From NCBI GenBank assembly GCA_965207885.1, contig OZ242311.1:4384001-4448000 (forward strand): DNA of 64,000 nucleotides, given 5' to 3'. Source of the stretch: Candidatus Latescibacterota bacterium. Lineage in GTDB: Bacteria; Latescibacterota; UBA2968. The position numbers and the translations under genes were made by a program. Of this stretch, positions 9,864 through 18,656 are shown one piece after another (within the stretch, counting starts at the first letter, position 1; the number at the start of each line of letters is the position of its first letter). The notes beneath the pieces were generated by a model that saw nothing but the letters and a program-made list of their open reading frames with translations, was not told the DNA's origin and did not search any database.

Positions 9864-11096
9864 ATGGTAACTTTTTCTATTGTCGACGCCGATAGCCAGG
9901 CCAAAATTCGGGTCGTAGGCGTTGGGGGATCAGGTGGTAATGCGATCAATCGCATGATTGAGTCGGGATTGCAGGGCGTTGAGTTTATCGCCATCAACAC
10001 CGACGAACAAGATCTCGAACTTTCACAGGCGCCTAATTGCATTCAAATTGGGCGCAATATCACAAAGGGGTTGGGCGCGGGTGCCAATCCCGAAATTGGT
10101 GCAGAGGCCATTGAAGAAAATCGCGACGAGGTGGCCGAGGCATTGGCTGAGTCCGATATGGTTTTTGTGACCGCTGGCATGGGTGGCGGCACGGGCACGG
10201 GTGCAGCGCCCACCGTCGCCGAAATTGCTCGCGAGGTAGGCGCGCTCACTGTAGGCATTGTGAGCCTGCCTTTTAGAATGGAAGGCATGCCGCGCATGCG
10301 CAATGCCCAAGCGGGTATTGATTCCCTGAAAAGAGCCGCGGATACAGTGATTATTATCCCCAATCAGCGACTTTTGGAAATCAGTTCAGAAGATACAACA
10401 CTGACAGAGGCATTTCTCATCGCCGATGATATTTTGTTGCAGGCCACGCGGGGTATTTCCGATTTGATCACCATACCCGGCGAAGTGAATCTCGACTTTA
10501 ATGACGTGCGTACGGTAATGCAAGCCGGCGGCGATGCACTGATGGGTACAGCCGAAGCTTCTGGCGAAAATCGGGCGATTACAGCAGCCGAAAAAGCATT
10601 GAATAGCCCATTGCTCGACAATGTATCTGTTGCGGGTGCTCAGGGGGTGCTGGTTAATATTTCCGCCAGCAGCGAACTGAAGCTGTTTGAAATGGATAAA
10701 GCTGTGAATCTCATAACCGATGCCGTGGGCCACGAAGCCAATATTATATGGGGTACGGTACTCGATGATAACCTCGGGGACGAAATGCGCGTCACAGTTA
10801 TTGCCACGGGCTTTAATACTGGATCACCACCGAAGCCCAATGCAAACATTTCTTACTCAAAATTCACACCCGAGCCTACTGTTAGCACAGATATTCCAGC
10901 CTTTATACGCAAAATTGAATCTGAGAATACTGAGCTTGATACAGAGGAAGTACCCGAGGAAAAACTCGAGGAAAAATTCGAGGAAAAACTCGAGGAAAAA
11001 CCCGAAGAAAAACCCGAAGAAAAACCCAAAATCGACACCATATCTCTAAACGATCTACAATACCCTACATTTCTTCGCAGACAAAAGGAAGGATAA
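9864..11096 (+). CDS. ftsZ: Cell division protein FtsZ
   Basis: GVGGSGGNA, tubulin signature GGGTGTG, NLDFND T7 loop, VTVIATG. Confidence 0.98.
   Translation: MVTFSIVDADSQAKIRVVGVGGSGGNAINRMIESGLQGVEFIAINTDEQDLELSQAPNCIQIGRNITKGLGAGANPEIGAEAIEENRDEVAEALAESDMVFVTAGMGGGTGTGAAPTVAEIAREVGALTVGIVSLPFRMEGMPRMRNAQAGIDSLKRAADTVIIIPNQRLLEISSEDTTLTEAFLIADDILLQATRGISDLITIPGEVNLDFNDVRTVMQAGGDALMGTAEASGENRAITAAEKALNSPLLDNVSVAGAQGVLVNISASSELKLFEMDKAVNLITDAVGHEANIIWGTVLDDNLGDEMRVTVIATGFNTGSPPKPNANISYSKFTPEPTVSTDIPAFIRKIESENTELDTEEVPEEKLEEKFEEKLEEKPEEKPEEKPKIDTISLNDLQYPTFLRRQKEG
10953..11027 (+). repeat. 12-bp tandem repeat x6 encoding the EEK(L/F/P) acidic linker of FtsZ
   Basis: (C/T)(C/T)CGA(G/A)GAAAAA repeated six times in frame. 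Confidence 0.9.
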
Positions 11097-11100
11097 AATA

Positions 11101-11130
11101 AGACGTGAGACGTAAGACGCAAGACGTAAG
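11101..11130 (+). repeat. Heptamer tandem repeat AGACG(T/C)(A/G) x4
   Basis: AGACGTG AGACGTA AGACGCA AGACGTA AG just after the ftsZ stop. Confidence 0.8.
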
Positions 11131-12025
11131 CTCCCCCTTGCGTCTCCCCCAACAACAGGCATATCTCTACGCAATATCTGCCGTCTTTCTGTGGTCAATG
11201 GCGGCCACGGCATTTAAGTTATCGCTACGCGTTTTAGATCCTATCCAACTTTTGTTCTACGCTGTACTTGCGTCGTCCATTGTTCTGGGCCTGATTTTAA
11301 TGGTTCAGGGCAAATGGTCGGCGGTTTTTTTGTGTACGCGACGGCAGTATTTGCAATCCCTCGGATTGGGGTTGCTCAATCCATGTGCCTACTATCTGGT
11401 ATTGCTTCGCGCTTATGACCTGCTGCCCGCTCAGGAAGCACAACCACTGAATTACACCTGGGCAATTGCCTTGGCCCTGTTGTCCATTCCCCTTTTAAAA
11501 CAAAAACTGACCCTTTGGGATGTGATCGGCGGGACTGTGAGTTATGCGGGGGTATTTGTGATTTCTACTCGGGGCGATATAATGGGATTTCGATTTTCCA
11601 ATCCCCTGGGAGTGGGACTGGCTCTTTTCAGCAGTTTCTTGTGGGCACTGTACTGGATCTTCAACAAACGGGATACACGTGACCCGGTTGTGGGAATGTT
11701 TTTGAATTTTGTTTTTGCATTGCCTTTTGTTCTGACAATCTGCATTGCATTTTCAGATATGCGGGTCAATATACAGGGGTTAGGCGGCGCTATTTACGTC
11801 GGCTTATTTGAAATGGGCATAACATTTGTCCTGTGGTTGTCGGCGATGAAGCTTACTGATCACACGGCGCGAATCGGAAATTTGATTTTTTTGTCCCCAT
11901 TCTTATCCCTCGTCTTTATCCACTTTTTGGTAGGAGAAGACATATTTCCCTCCACTTATGTCGGACTGACGTTGATCATCGCGGGCTTGATTGTACAACA
12001 AAAAAAGCCCCAGAGCGTTGCTTGA
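11105..12025 (+). CDS. EamA/DMT family transporter
   Basis: About 10 hydrophobic TM segments in two EamA-like repeats; true start uncertain (GTG 11105 lies in the heptamer repeat; TTG 11138 is in frame). Confidence 0.85.
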   Translation: MRRKTQDVSSPLRLPQQQAYLYAISAVFLWSMAATAFKLSLRVLDPIQLLFYAVLASSIVLGLILMVQGKWSAVFLCTRRQYLQSLGLGLLNPCAYYLVLLRAYDLLPAQEAQPLNYTWAIALALLSIPLLKQKLTLWDVIGGTVSYAGVFVISTRGDIMGFRFSNPLGVGLALFSSFLWALYWIFNKRDTRDPVVGMFLNFVFALPFVLTICIAFSDMRVNIQGLGGAIYVGLFEMGITFVLWLSAMKLTDHTARIGNLIFLSPFLSLVFIHFLVGEDIFPSTYVGLTLIIAGLIVQQKKPQSVA

Positions 12026-12095
12026 ACCGCTTTACACGCTACGCATTTGACATTAGTTTAATCCGATTCCACAAATAATTGATCAAGGAGGGTTT

Positions 12096-13637
12096 ATGTC
12101 CCAACGTCCGAATATCCTGATTTTGCACAGTGACGAACACAGTTTTCGCTTTTTGTCCGCGCGCAGCCGCGAGCGGGGTGGTGAACCCTGTCACACGCCC
12201 ACATTGGACGGTTTGATCGCACAAGGCGTCAATTTTGACGCGGCCTATTGTCAAATGCCGCTGTGTACACCAAGCCGTATTTCGATGCTTACAGGGCGGC
12301 ACGCCCATCGGTGTGGCGCATGGACCAATGGATCGATTTTAGATCCCGATTTGCCCACTTTTGGCAGTCATTTTCAGGCCAATGGGTATGAAACAGCGGT
12401 CGTGGGCAAAACGCATTTGGGCGGATCTTTGCAACACGCCGGATTTGGCGCGCGGCCCTATGGCGACTTCGGTGGTCCCTGTTCCCATCAACCCGACCCA
12501 TTGCACAAAACAGGAGATGGTTTGCGGACGCGCACGGTCAATGCGGGAATCAGCGAGGTACCCGAATCGCTCTTACAAGAAAATATGATCGCACGCGAAT
12601 CGCTTGCGTGGCTGCGCGAACATCGCCATGCCAATCCCGATAAGCCGTGGCTGGTCTATACGTCATTTAGCCGCCCGCACTTCCCACTAACCGCGCCGAA
12701 GCGATTTTTTGACCGTTATTATCCCGAAGGGGTAACACCACCCTGGGTGCGCCGCACCGGCGATAGTGCCGACCATCCGATGACAGTAGGAGCGATCAGG
12801 GGATTTCGTACCGAAGAGATCGCCGAAGATGAAATGATGAAAGCGCGCGCAGCTTATTTTGCAGCAGTCGATTTTTTAGACGAAATTCTGGGCGATTTTC
12901 TGGCCTTACTCAACCGCGATGGATTTTTGGATAACACAGTCATTGTATATACATCCGATCACGGAGAACTGGTGGGCGAACACGGAATATGGTGGAAAAA
13001 TACCTGGCACGAAGCAGCCGCTCACGTGCCTTTCATCTTTTCGCTTCCCGAACACCGCAACGGTAGCCTGAACTCGCGAGAAATACGCACACCCGTAAGC
13101 CTCGCCGACCTCTTCCCCACACTTTGTGGATTGGCGGGTCTAAATTGTCCAGATGGAGTGGATGGTGTGGATTTGACAGATAGATTAAAAGGAGAAACGA
13201 GTGCCGCACGCAATAACCGCGCAGGCGTGATTACCGAATCACTAAATCCGCGCTGGGGCAAAGGCTCAGAGTTTCGGATGATACGCTCCAAAAAGTATAA
13301 ATATATCGCATTTCGAGACTGTGAAGACCTCGCCTTTGATATGGAAACCGATCCCGACGAGCAACGCAATTTGCTAAAACATGATCCCGACAATACCGAC
13401 TTAAAAGCGTTGCGAGAAGCGGTACTGGATGGATTTGACTTTGACGAAGTGGAAGCCCTCCGCGAAAAGCAGACTGCTGAATTACGCGCAAAATATCCAG
13501 CGCGTGTAAAAATGCAAACCCCCAATCAAATTCTGCGAGGCGACGGCAAATTGGTCGAAGTCGATACACCTCTATACGCCCCCAAAGTGATCAGCGACGA
13601 TCTCTCACGAGACTTTGACGATTATCCCGCTCGGTAG
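12096..13637 (+). CDS. Formylglycine-dependent sulfatase (choline-sulfatase-like)
   Basis: PNILILHSDEH, CTPSR (CxPxR), GKTH, PHFP, SDHGE motifs; SD AAGGAGG. Confidence 0.9.
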   Translation: MSQRPNILILHSDEHSFRFLSARSRERGGEPCHTPTLDGLIAQGVNFDAAYCQMPLCTPSRISMLTGRHAHRCGAWTNGSILDPDLPTFGSHFQANGYETAVVGKTHLGGSLQHAGFGARPYGDFGGPCSHQPDPLHKTGDGLRTRTVNAGISEVPESLLQENMIARESLAWLREHRHANPDKPWLVYTSFSRPHFPLTAPKRFFDRYYPEGVTPPWVRRTGDSADHPMTVGAIRGFRTEEIAEDEMMKARAAYFAAVDFLDEILGDFLALLNRDGFLDNTVIVYTSDHGELVGEHGIWWKNTWHEAAAHVPFIFSLPEHRNGSLNSREIRTPVSLADLFPTLCGLAGLNCPDGVDGVDLTDRLKGETSAARNNRAGVITESLNPRWGKGSEFRMIRSKKYKYIAFRDCEDLAFDMETDPDEQRNLLKHDPDNTDLKALREAVLDGFDFDEVEALREKQTAELRAKYPARVKMQTPNQILRGDGKLVEVDTPLYAPKVISDDLSRDFDDYPAR

Positions 13638-13647
13638 GCGTTCAACT

Positions 13648-14208
13648 TTATGGAGGTTGCAATAACAACTTTTTCTCACAAACAGACACATCGCCCAAAT
13701 CACAAGAAATGGTGGCGAACCACTTACCTGTTGCTGTGCGGTTTATCGTGCAAGCTTTGGGTATGCCCTCAAGGAGTCTGTGTTGCACAATTCTAAGACA
13801 TCCGATCTTTCCCAAACGGAGACCTTTTTCATCCAGACGGCAACCATTGGAAAATTGTGGGTAGGTGATGGAATCATAGCGGCTTTGGCCCTTGTATCTG
13901 GGAAAACCCGCTTTTTCGCCTTTCTGCTTGGCGCGGCGAAAAAACGCCTTGAATGCAAGGTCAACCCTCGTTGCCACCTGTTGCAACACCTGGCTATGCA
14001 CTTGCTTAAACTCAGGGCGTTGTTGCTTCATCATAGGCAGGATTTTTATCTGGTCATAGCAGGACAAAGATTGTTTTTCGCGTTCCCAGGCCTGCACCCT
14101 TGCACAGACCAGTTGGTTATACAACAATCGGCATTCTTCAATGTGCGCCAGCAGGATTTTCTCTTGCTTTTTCGTAGGACGCAGTCTGTATTTGAAAGCC
14201 TTAAGCAT
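13648..14208 (-). pseudogene. tnpB: Truncated IS200/IS605-family TnpB (N-terminal HTH/REC part only)
   Basis: MLKAFKYRLRPT...R.LYN, VHSQVLQ, AFKAFF, GFPRYK, TGKWF motifs; ORF ends at 186 aa before the RuvC-I GID motif, no zinc finger. Confidence 0.88.
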
Positions 14209-14420
14209 AATAAAAATATATACTTAATAGCCATTTTGTCAAGTAAAATGGTGGATGAATCATTGAGATTCATCCACCCCAATAACGCCTTGTGCGTTAT
14301 CCCCTAACTGAAGTCATCCCATAAGCCTGTCCCTGCAAAAGCAGGGATTCTAAGTCCTTTGCCATGCGACCCAACGCTAAACCTGTTGGATTTTACGAAC
14401 TTGTTAGATAAGAGCCATTG
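14209..14420. mobile_element. Probable IS200/IS605 left-end remnant with hairpins
   Basis: Hairpin GGTGGATGAAT(C)-loop-(G)ATTCATCCACC (~14250-14278), plus ATAACGC/GCGTTAT and TCCCTGC-AAAA-GCAGGGA, immediately upstream of tnpB. Confidence 0.5.
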
Positions 14421-14443
14421 CGAGGATATTCACTATTCTCATT

Positions 14444-15151
14444 TTATTTTTTCTTTGAGGCTTGATCTGCCTGTATAAGCAAGTGCTCGAAGATGCGATC
14501 GAAGGTCGTATTAGGCATTTTTTCGGGATGAAATTGCACACCGATAATGCGACCATCTGGCGTTTCGATACCCTCTATGACTCGATCTTCACTGCGGGCA
14601 CTTATATTGAGTTCTCCGCCAATCGTCTCGAGTCCTTGCAGGTGAAAGCTATTGGTCGTACATTCGGTCTCGCCCAGAATAGACGAGAGATGGGAATTGG
14701 GATCGAGCGAGACCGCGTGATAAACGGGATCTTCGGTGCGCCCGGGTGAATGCGGATCGACATCGCATTGTATTTGAATATCGGCATAGATTGTGCCGCC
14801 AAATTGAGCATTGATAAATTGCATGCCATAGCAGATGCCCAAAACGGGCATCTGTTTTTTTTCCGCGTATTCAAAAGCGCGAATATCATTTTCATAGCGC
14901 GTGAGCGCAACCGCGGGCAGGTCTTTGGGCAGCTTGCCAACCAGACCTTGCGTAATACCGGGGCCGCCAGTAATAATCAGGCCATTGAGCAGGGCAAACA
15001 GTGGCGCGAGCGTTTCCTGTTCCTCTGTCATAGGCAGAATAAGAGGACAACCACCCGCGCGTTCTACCGCAATCACATACTCGTGATTTAGCGATTGCTG
15101 TTTACTCTTTGAAAGAAAGCTGGTCGTAATACCGATTATCGGACGTGACAT
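14444..15151 (-). CDS. Gamma-glutamyl-gamma-aminobutyrate hydrolase family (peptidase C26, class I glutamine amidotransferase fold)
   Basis: RPIIGIT, GLIITGG, LGICYGMQ, NSFHLQ, GVQFHPE catalytic triad motifs. Confidence 0.9.
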   Translation of the reverse strand: MSRPIIGITTSFLSKSKQQSLNHEYVIAVERAGGCPLILPMTEEQETLAPLFALLNGLIITGGPGITQGLVGKLPKDLPAVALTRYENDIRAFEYAEKKQMPVLGICYGMQFINAQFGGTIYADIQIQCDVDPHSPGRTEDPVYHAVSLDPNSHLSSILGETECTTNSFHLQGLETIGGELNISARSEDRVIEGIETPDGRIIGVQFHPEKMPNTTFDRIFEHLLIQADQASKKK

Positions 15152-15262
15152 TTTAAAAATTGGATAGAATTGACAGTGCTTTTTACTTGATGAATGCACA
15201 AATATGTGACATCATGGAATGAAGAACAAGGTTAAAATAAAGAACTTGAACAGGAGGCGAAA

Positions 15263-16003
15263 ATGGACGCTGGAGACAGAGCGGCTGTTGAAGCCGCATG
15301 GAAGAACGGCGTAGGCGTCTTGCACAACTTGCTCTCACAAGATGAGCTGGATGCAATCCGCCGGGAGTTAGAACACGCGTACTTGGATATGGATATGGGA
15401 CCGGGAGAGCCCGGCAGCCGGGACAGTCTGCGCAATGAACCGCTATTAAATTATCCCGCTCTGGGCAGCTTATTTTCCCATCCTCGCATTTTGGGAATCG
15501 TCTCGGCAATCCTGGATGAGCCACGCCCTTTTCTATTGCAAATGAAAACCAACCGGTACACGCCAGAACACAAAGGCGTAGGGCGACACTCAGACGGCAG
15601 CCCAACGGAACTCGCCGCGGCCTTTCAGTGGGTGTCAACCATGATTTACCTGGACGATATCGATGTCAACTCCGGGGCATTGACCTACGTTCCAGGCACG
15701 CATCTGTACCATTTTGCATCCGCGTGTGACCCGAGCCGGATACTCCCTACAAAAGAAGATATTCAGGCAGGTGACTATCTTCCAATCGACTTGAAAGCAG
15801 GCAGCGTCGTCTTTCGCGTACCAGAGGTCTGGCACGGCGTAGTGCCCATCCATCGGTTGCGGCGATATATCACCGGTTTGTACACATCTCGCAAAAAGGG
15901 AAATACGCCGATCAAAGAGCGGATACAGGGGGTCCGGAAAAGCCGCAAGCAAATCCCGGAGACATCCATACCCAAACACGTTAGAGAATACTGGCAGTAT
16001 TGA
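15263..16003 (+). CDS. Phytanoyl-CoA dioxygenase (PhyH) family Fe(II)/2-oxoglutarate dioxygenase
   Basis: HxD (RHSDG), IYLDD...GAL.YVPGTH, distal WHG, RR; SD AGGAGG. Confidence 0.85.
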   Translation: MDAGDRAAVEAAWKNGVGVLHNLLSQDELDAIRRELEHAYLDMDMGPGEPGSRDSLRNEPLLNYPALGSLFSHPRILGIVSAILDEPRPFLLQMKTNRYTPEHKGVGRHSDGSPTELAAAFQWVSTMIYLDDIDVNSGALTYVPGTHLYHFASACDPSRILPTKEDIQAGDYLPIDLKAGSVVFRVPEVWHGVVPIHRLRRYITGLYTSRKKGNTPIKERIQGVRKSRKQIPETSIPKHVREYWQY

Positions 16004-16011
16004 TCAGTGGA

Positions 16012-17604
16012 TCAATCCAAAAAGCGATCCAGCACATTCTTTGTAATCGCCGAAATCGACTCATCCACCGGAAGAGAACTGGGATAATTGATCGACCCCA
16101 CCGAAAACACCTCTCCCCCGCTCTCGGTGCGGTGATACACGATCTCCGCGCCTCCCTCATCGGGGTTTAAGCCTTTGGCCAGCAGTTGTGCGTTTTTTGG
16201 CGAACTCCCTGTCATCTTATCCGTTTCGTGTCCAGATGCACCGCCCGGACACCGCATATGCAGACACTTCTCTCCAAAAATATCTCCCGTCTTCAGGCCC
16301 GTCCCTTCAAAGAAATCGTGCGTCCCATCCACCACCCGATAAGGTGCGCCAGTCATAATACCCGTCTCCGAACAGGTTACACCCAGCAGATTCGCCTCTG
16401 ACTCGTGAAACAGATGAAATCGACTCTCCAATCCCAACTTCTGTAGATGGCTAAACCCTCCGCCTTTATCTCCATTTCGCACCACCATCGTATATTCATC
16501 TGTAAACACCACCTCGCAATTCAGACCATTTCCTCCCAGATACATCAGCTTGCCGCCCCGCTCAAACACCCAGGACTTCAACTTGTAGTACATATCCGCA
16601 GACCAATACTCCGGATGCGTGCTGATGATTAATACCCGGTAATCGTCCAAATTCAATACCCCGGAATGGAACTGCATCTCCGCATAAAAATCGTATCCAT
16701 ATCCCTCCCGCTCCAACCACCCCAGCAACCGCCACTCCGCCGGGGCTACATGGCAGTTGGACCGCCCCTCAATCGGATCGGTAATCCGCTCCTCCTCTGC
16801 AATAAAATTGATCGGCTCAGGCCGGTCGAACGACAGCGGTGCATATTCCTTTGAAGTAAAAAGCAAATGTCTCGGGTCCGTATATCTCTTGAGATCCATT
16901 CGCGCATTCACGGTGGGCCTGGGCGGAAATTTCTCCGCGAGGATATAATTGCTGCGCCCCCCAAAATTATTATAGGCATTCCAATTTATATTCGACGCCA
17001 GCACTGCAACGTCGGCACTCGGCTTTGCCGGTGCGACAATCCACGGAAACGGAAAAAACACACCTGATTCCGTCTTGGCGTGCAGATAATACAATCCCGA
17101 CCGCTCGGGTGCTGTTATATATTGCTTGTGTGTCGGGCTGGTATAACCCTGTGCATTCCATTGAATACCGGTCTGCGTATAATCCCCATCCGGCGTAATT
17201 TGCATCGTCGCCCGGGGGCCGTGTTCATCGTACCATCCAATTGGACGCACCAACTCTTTATGCCACCCATACCGCCACAGAGACAGCTTGTACGCCTCCA
17301 CCGCGTGTACCCTGAACTCTGACGGCTGCCCGGACTGTACCCACTTTGGCCACATATATCCCAGCAACCCATCGGTCAACAGCCGGAACTGATAGGGAGC
17401 CTTAGTCGGTATCTCAAGCGGTACTGTCTTAAAGCCATAACCCGGCTTGTAAAGTGTCACTCTATACTTGCCAGAAGACAAACCCGCATAAACCGCTCCG
17501 GTCGCTCGCGAACGCGCCTCAAATGACCCCGCCTCGCCTTCAAACTCCAGCAGCACCTCTGGCACTGCCACATATCGTTCATCGCTCACATATCCAATCA
17601 GCAT
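16012..17604 (-). CDS. N,N-dimethylformamidase large (beta) subunit-like protein with N-terminal carboxypeptidase-regulatory-like domain
   Basis: W.AYNNFGGRS, STHPEYWS, LMYLGGN, GHETD, VFSVGSI motifs typical of the DMFase beta family. Confidence 0.75.
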   Translation of the reverse strand: MLIGYVSDERYVAVPEVLLEFEGEAGSFEARSRATGAVYAGLSSGKYRVTLYKPGYGFKTVPLEIPTKAPYQFRLLTDGLLGYMWPKWVQSGQPSEFRVHAVEAYKLSLWRYGWHKELVRPIGWYDEHGPRATMQITPDGDYTQTGIQWNAQGYTSPTHKQYITAPERSGLYYLHAKTESGVFFPFPWIVAPAKPSADVAVLASNINWNAYNNFGGRSNYILAEKFPPRPTVNARMDLKRYTDPRHLLFTSKEYAPLSFDRPEPINFIAEEERITDPIEGRSNCHVAPAEWRLLGWLEREGYGYDFYAEMQFHSGVLNLDDYRVLIISTHPEYWSADMYYKLKSWVFERGGKLMYLGGNGLNCEVVFTDEYTMVVRNGDKGGGFSHLQKLGLESRFHLFHESEANLLGVTCSETGIMTGAPYRVVDGTHDFFEGTGLKTGDIFGEKCLHMRCPGGASGHETDKMTGSSPKNAQLLAKGLNPDEGGAEIVYHRTESGGEVFSVGSINYPSSLPVDESISAITKNVLDRFLD

Positions 17605-17616
17605 ATTGTTCCCTTT

Positions 17617-18636
17617 TTACGCCAGAATGGTCAGACTTCGATCTTCGAGCGGTAATTCCATCTTCTCTCCACCGCGACGATGCGATTCTCGCAACGCAAT
17701 GGCAATTTCCAGCGCTTCTCGTCCAAACTCTCCCGGACAAAGCGGCTCTGTGCCCTCATTTAGATTCTCGACAAGTCCTTCAATAGCGGCCTGTTGTGAA
17801 CTGCGAGGTCTTTTGGGATTGGGAAATTGTCGTCGAATCGGTTCTCTGGTCTCGTGATGCCTGGTCCACATCTCAAAATCTGCGTGTTCATTCCGGGCAC
17901 TTATCCATCCATCGCTTCCCACAAAGTCAATATTCAACCATCCTCCGGTACTCAGAAATCCGCGGATGCCATTCTCGTATCGAATCATCCCTGTTCCTGA
18001 AAGATCGCTGTCGCCGCGGGCCTCTTCATCACTATTCATATTCCCAAATACCCACCTGGCAGGTGCCCCGGCAAAAAGACGAAACAGAGCCAGCGTATGG
18101 CTGTGACCGCGTGAGAGCCGCCAGCCATAATTGCAGACCATCGAAGAGAAATTCCCAATCATGCCGCTTCGGATTGAATTTAGACATGCGTGGAACCACG
18201 GACTCCAATTTTTGTGACAGGCAATAGCGAGCATAACCCCATTCTTCCGACACACATCGATCATCGCGTCTGCTTCCGCCAGACTACGGCATATCGGCTT
18301 GGTTGCATAAATCGCCTTAACACCAGCCTCCGCCACCCCTGTGACGACCTCTGCGCGTTCCTCTACCCGTGTCGTCACACTGACGATATCTGGCTTCTCT
18401 TTGGCGATCATCTTGCGGTAATCGGTATAAAGTGCCGTTACGCCCCATCGACTTTTGAAATCGTCCAGTTGCTCCACGTAAAGATCCGAAGCTGCAATCA
18501 GATCAATCCCCTTCGCTTCGATCATCGCGGGCGCGTGTGCCCAGGGATATCGAAACTGGGGCCTATTTACGTGCTCATCATCAATAGTACTGCCGATCCG
18601 CCCACATCCAATAACAGCTCCCCGATAAGATCCCAT
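17617..18636 (-). CDS. Gfo/Idh/MocA family oxidoreductase
   Basis: AVIGCGRIG Rossmann motif, PDIVSV, TKP (variant of EKP). Confidence 0.88.
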   Translation of the reverse strand: MGSYRGAVIGCGRIGSTIDDEHVNRPQFRYPWAHAPAMIEAKGIDLIAASDLYVEQLDDFKSRWGVTALYTDYRKMIAKEKPDIVSVTTRVEERAEVVTGVAEAGVKAIYATKPICRSLAEADAMIDVCRKNGVMLAIACHKNWSPWFHACLNSIRSGMIGNFSSMVCNYGWRLSRGHSHTLALFRLFAGAPARWVFGNMNSDEEARGDSDLSGTGMIRYENGIRGFLSTGGWLNIDFVGSDGWISARNEHADFEMWTRHHETREPIRRQFPNPKRPRSSQQAAIEGLVENLNEGTEPLCPGEFGREALEIAIALRESHRRGGEKMELPLEDRSLTILA

Positions 18637-18656
18637 GTTGTGCTCCTTCCATCACG

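Noticed and set aside
10953-11130. CRISPR array
   Set aside because: Repeats are 12 bp and 7 bp in direct tandem with no unique spacers; no cas genes in the window.
13648-14208. Functional TnpB/Cas12f nuclease or TldR-type repressor
   Set aside because: ORF ends before RuvC and the zinc finger, and there is no space for a guide RNA downstream; no CRISPR array nearby.
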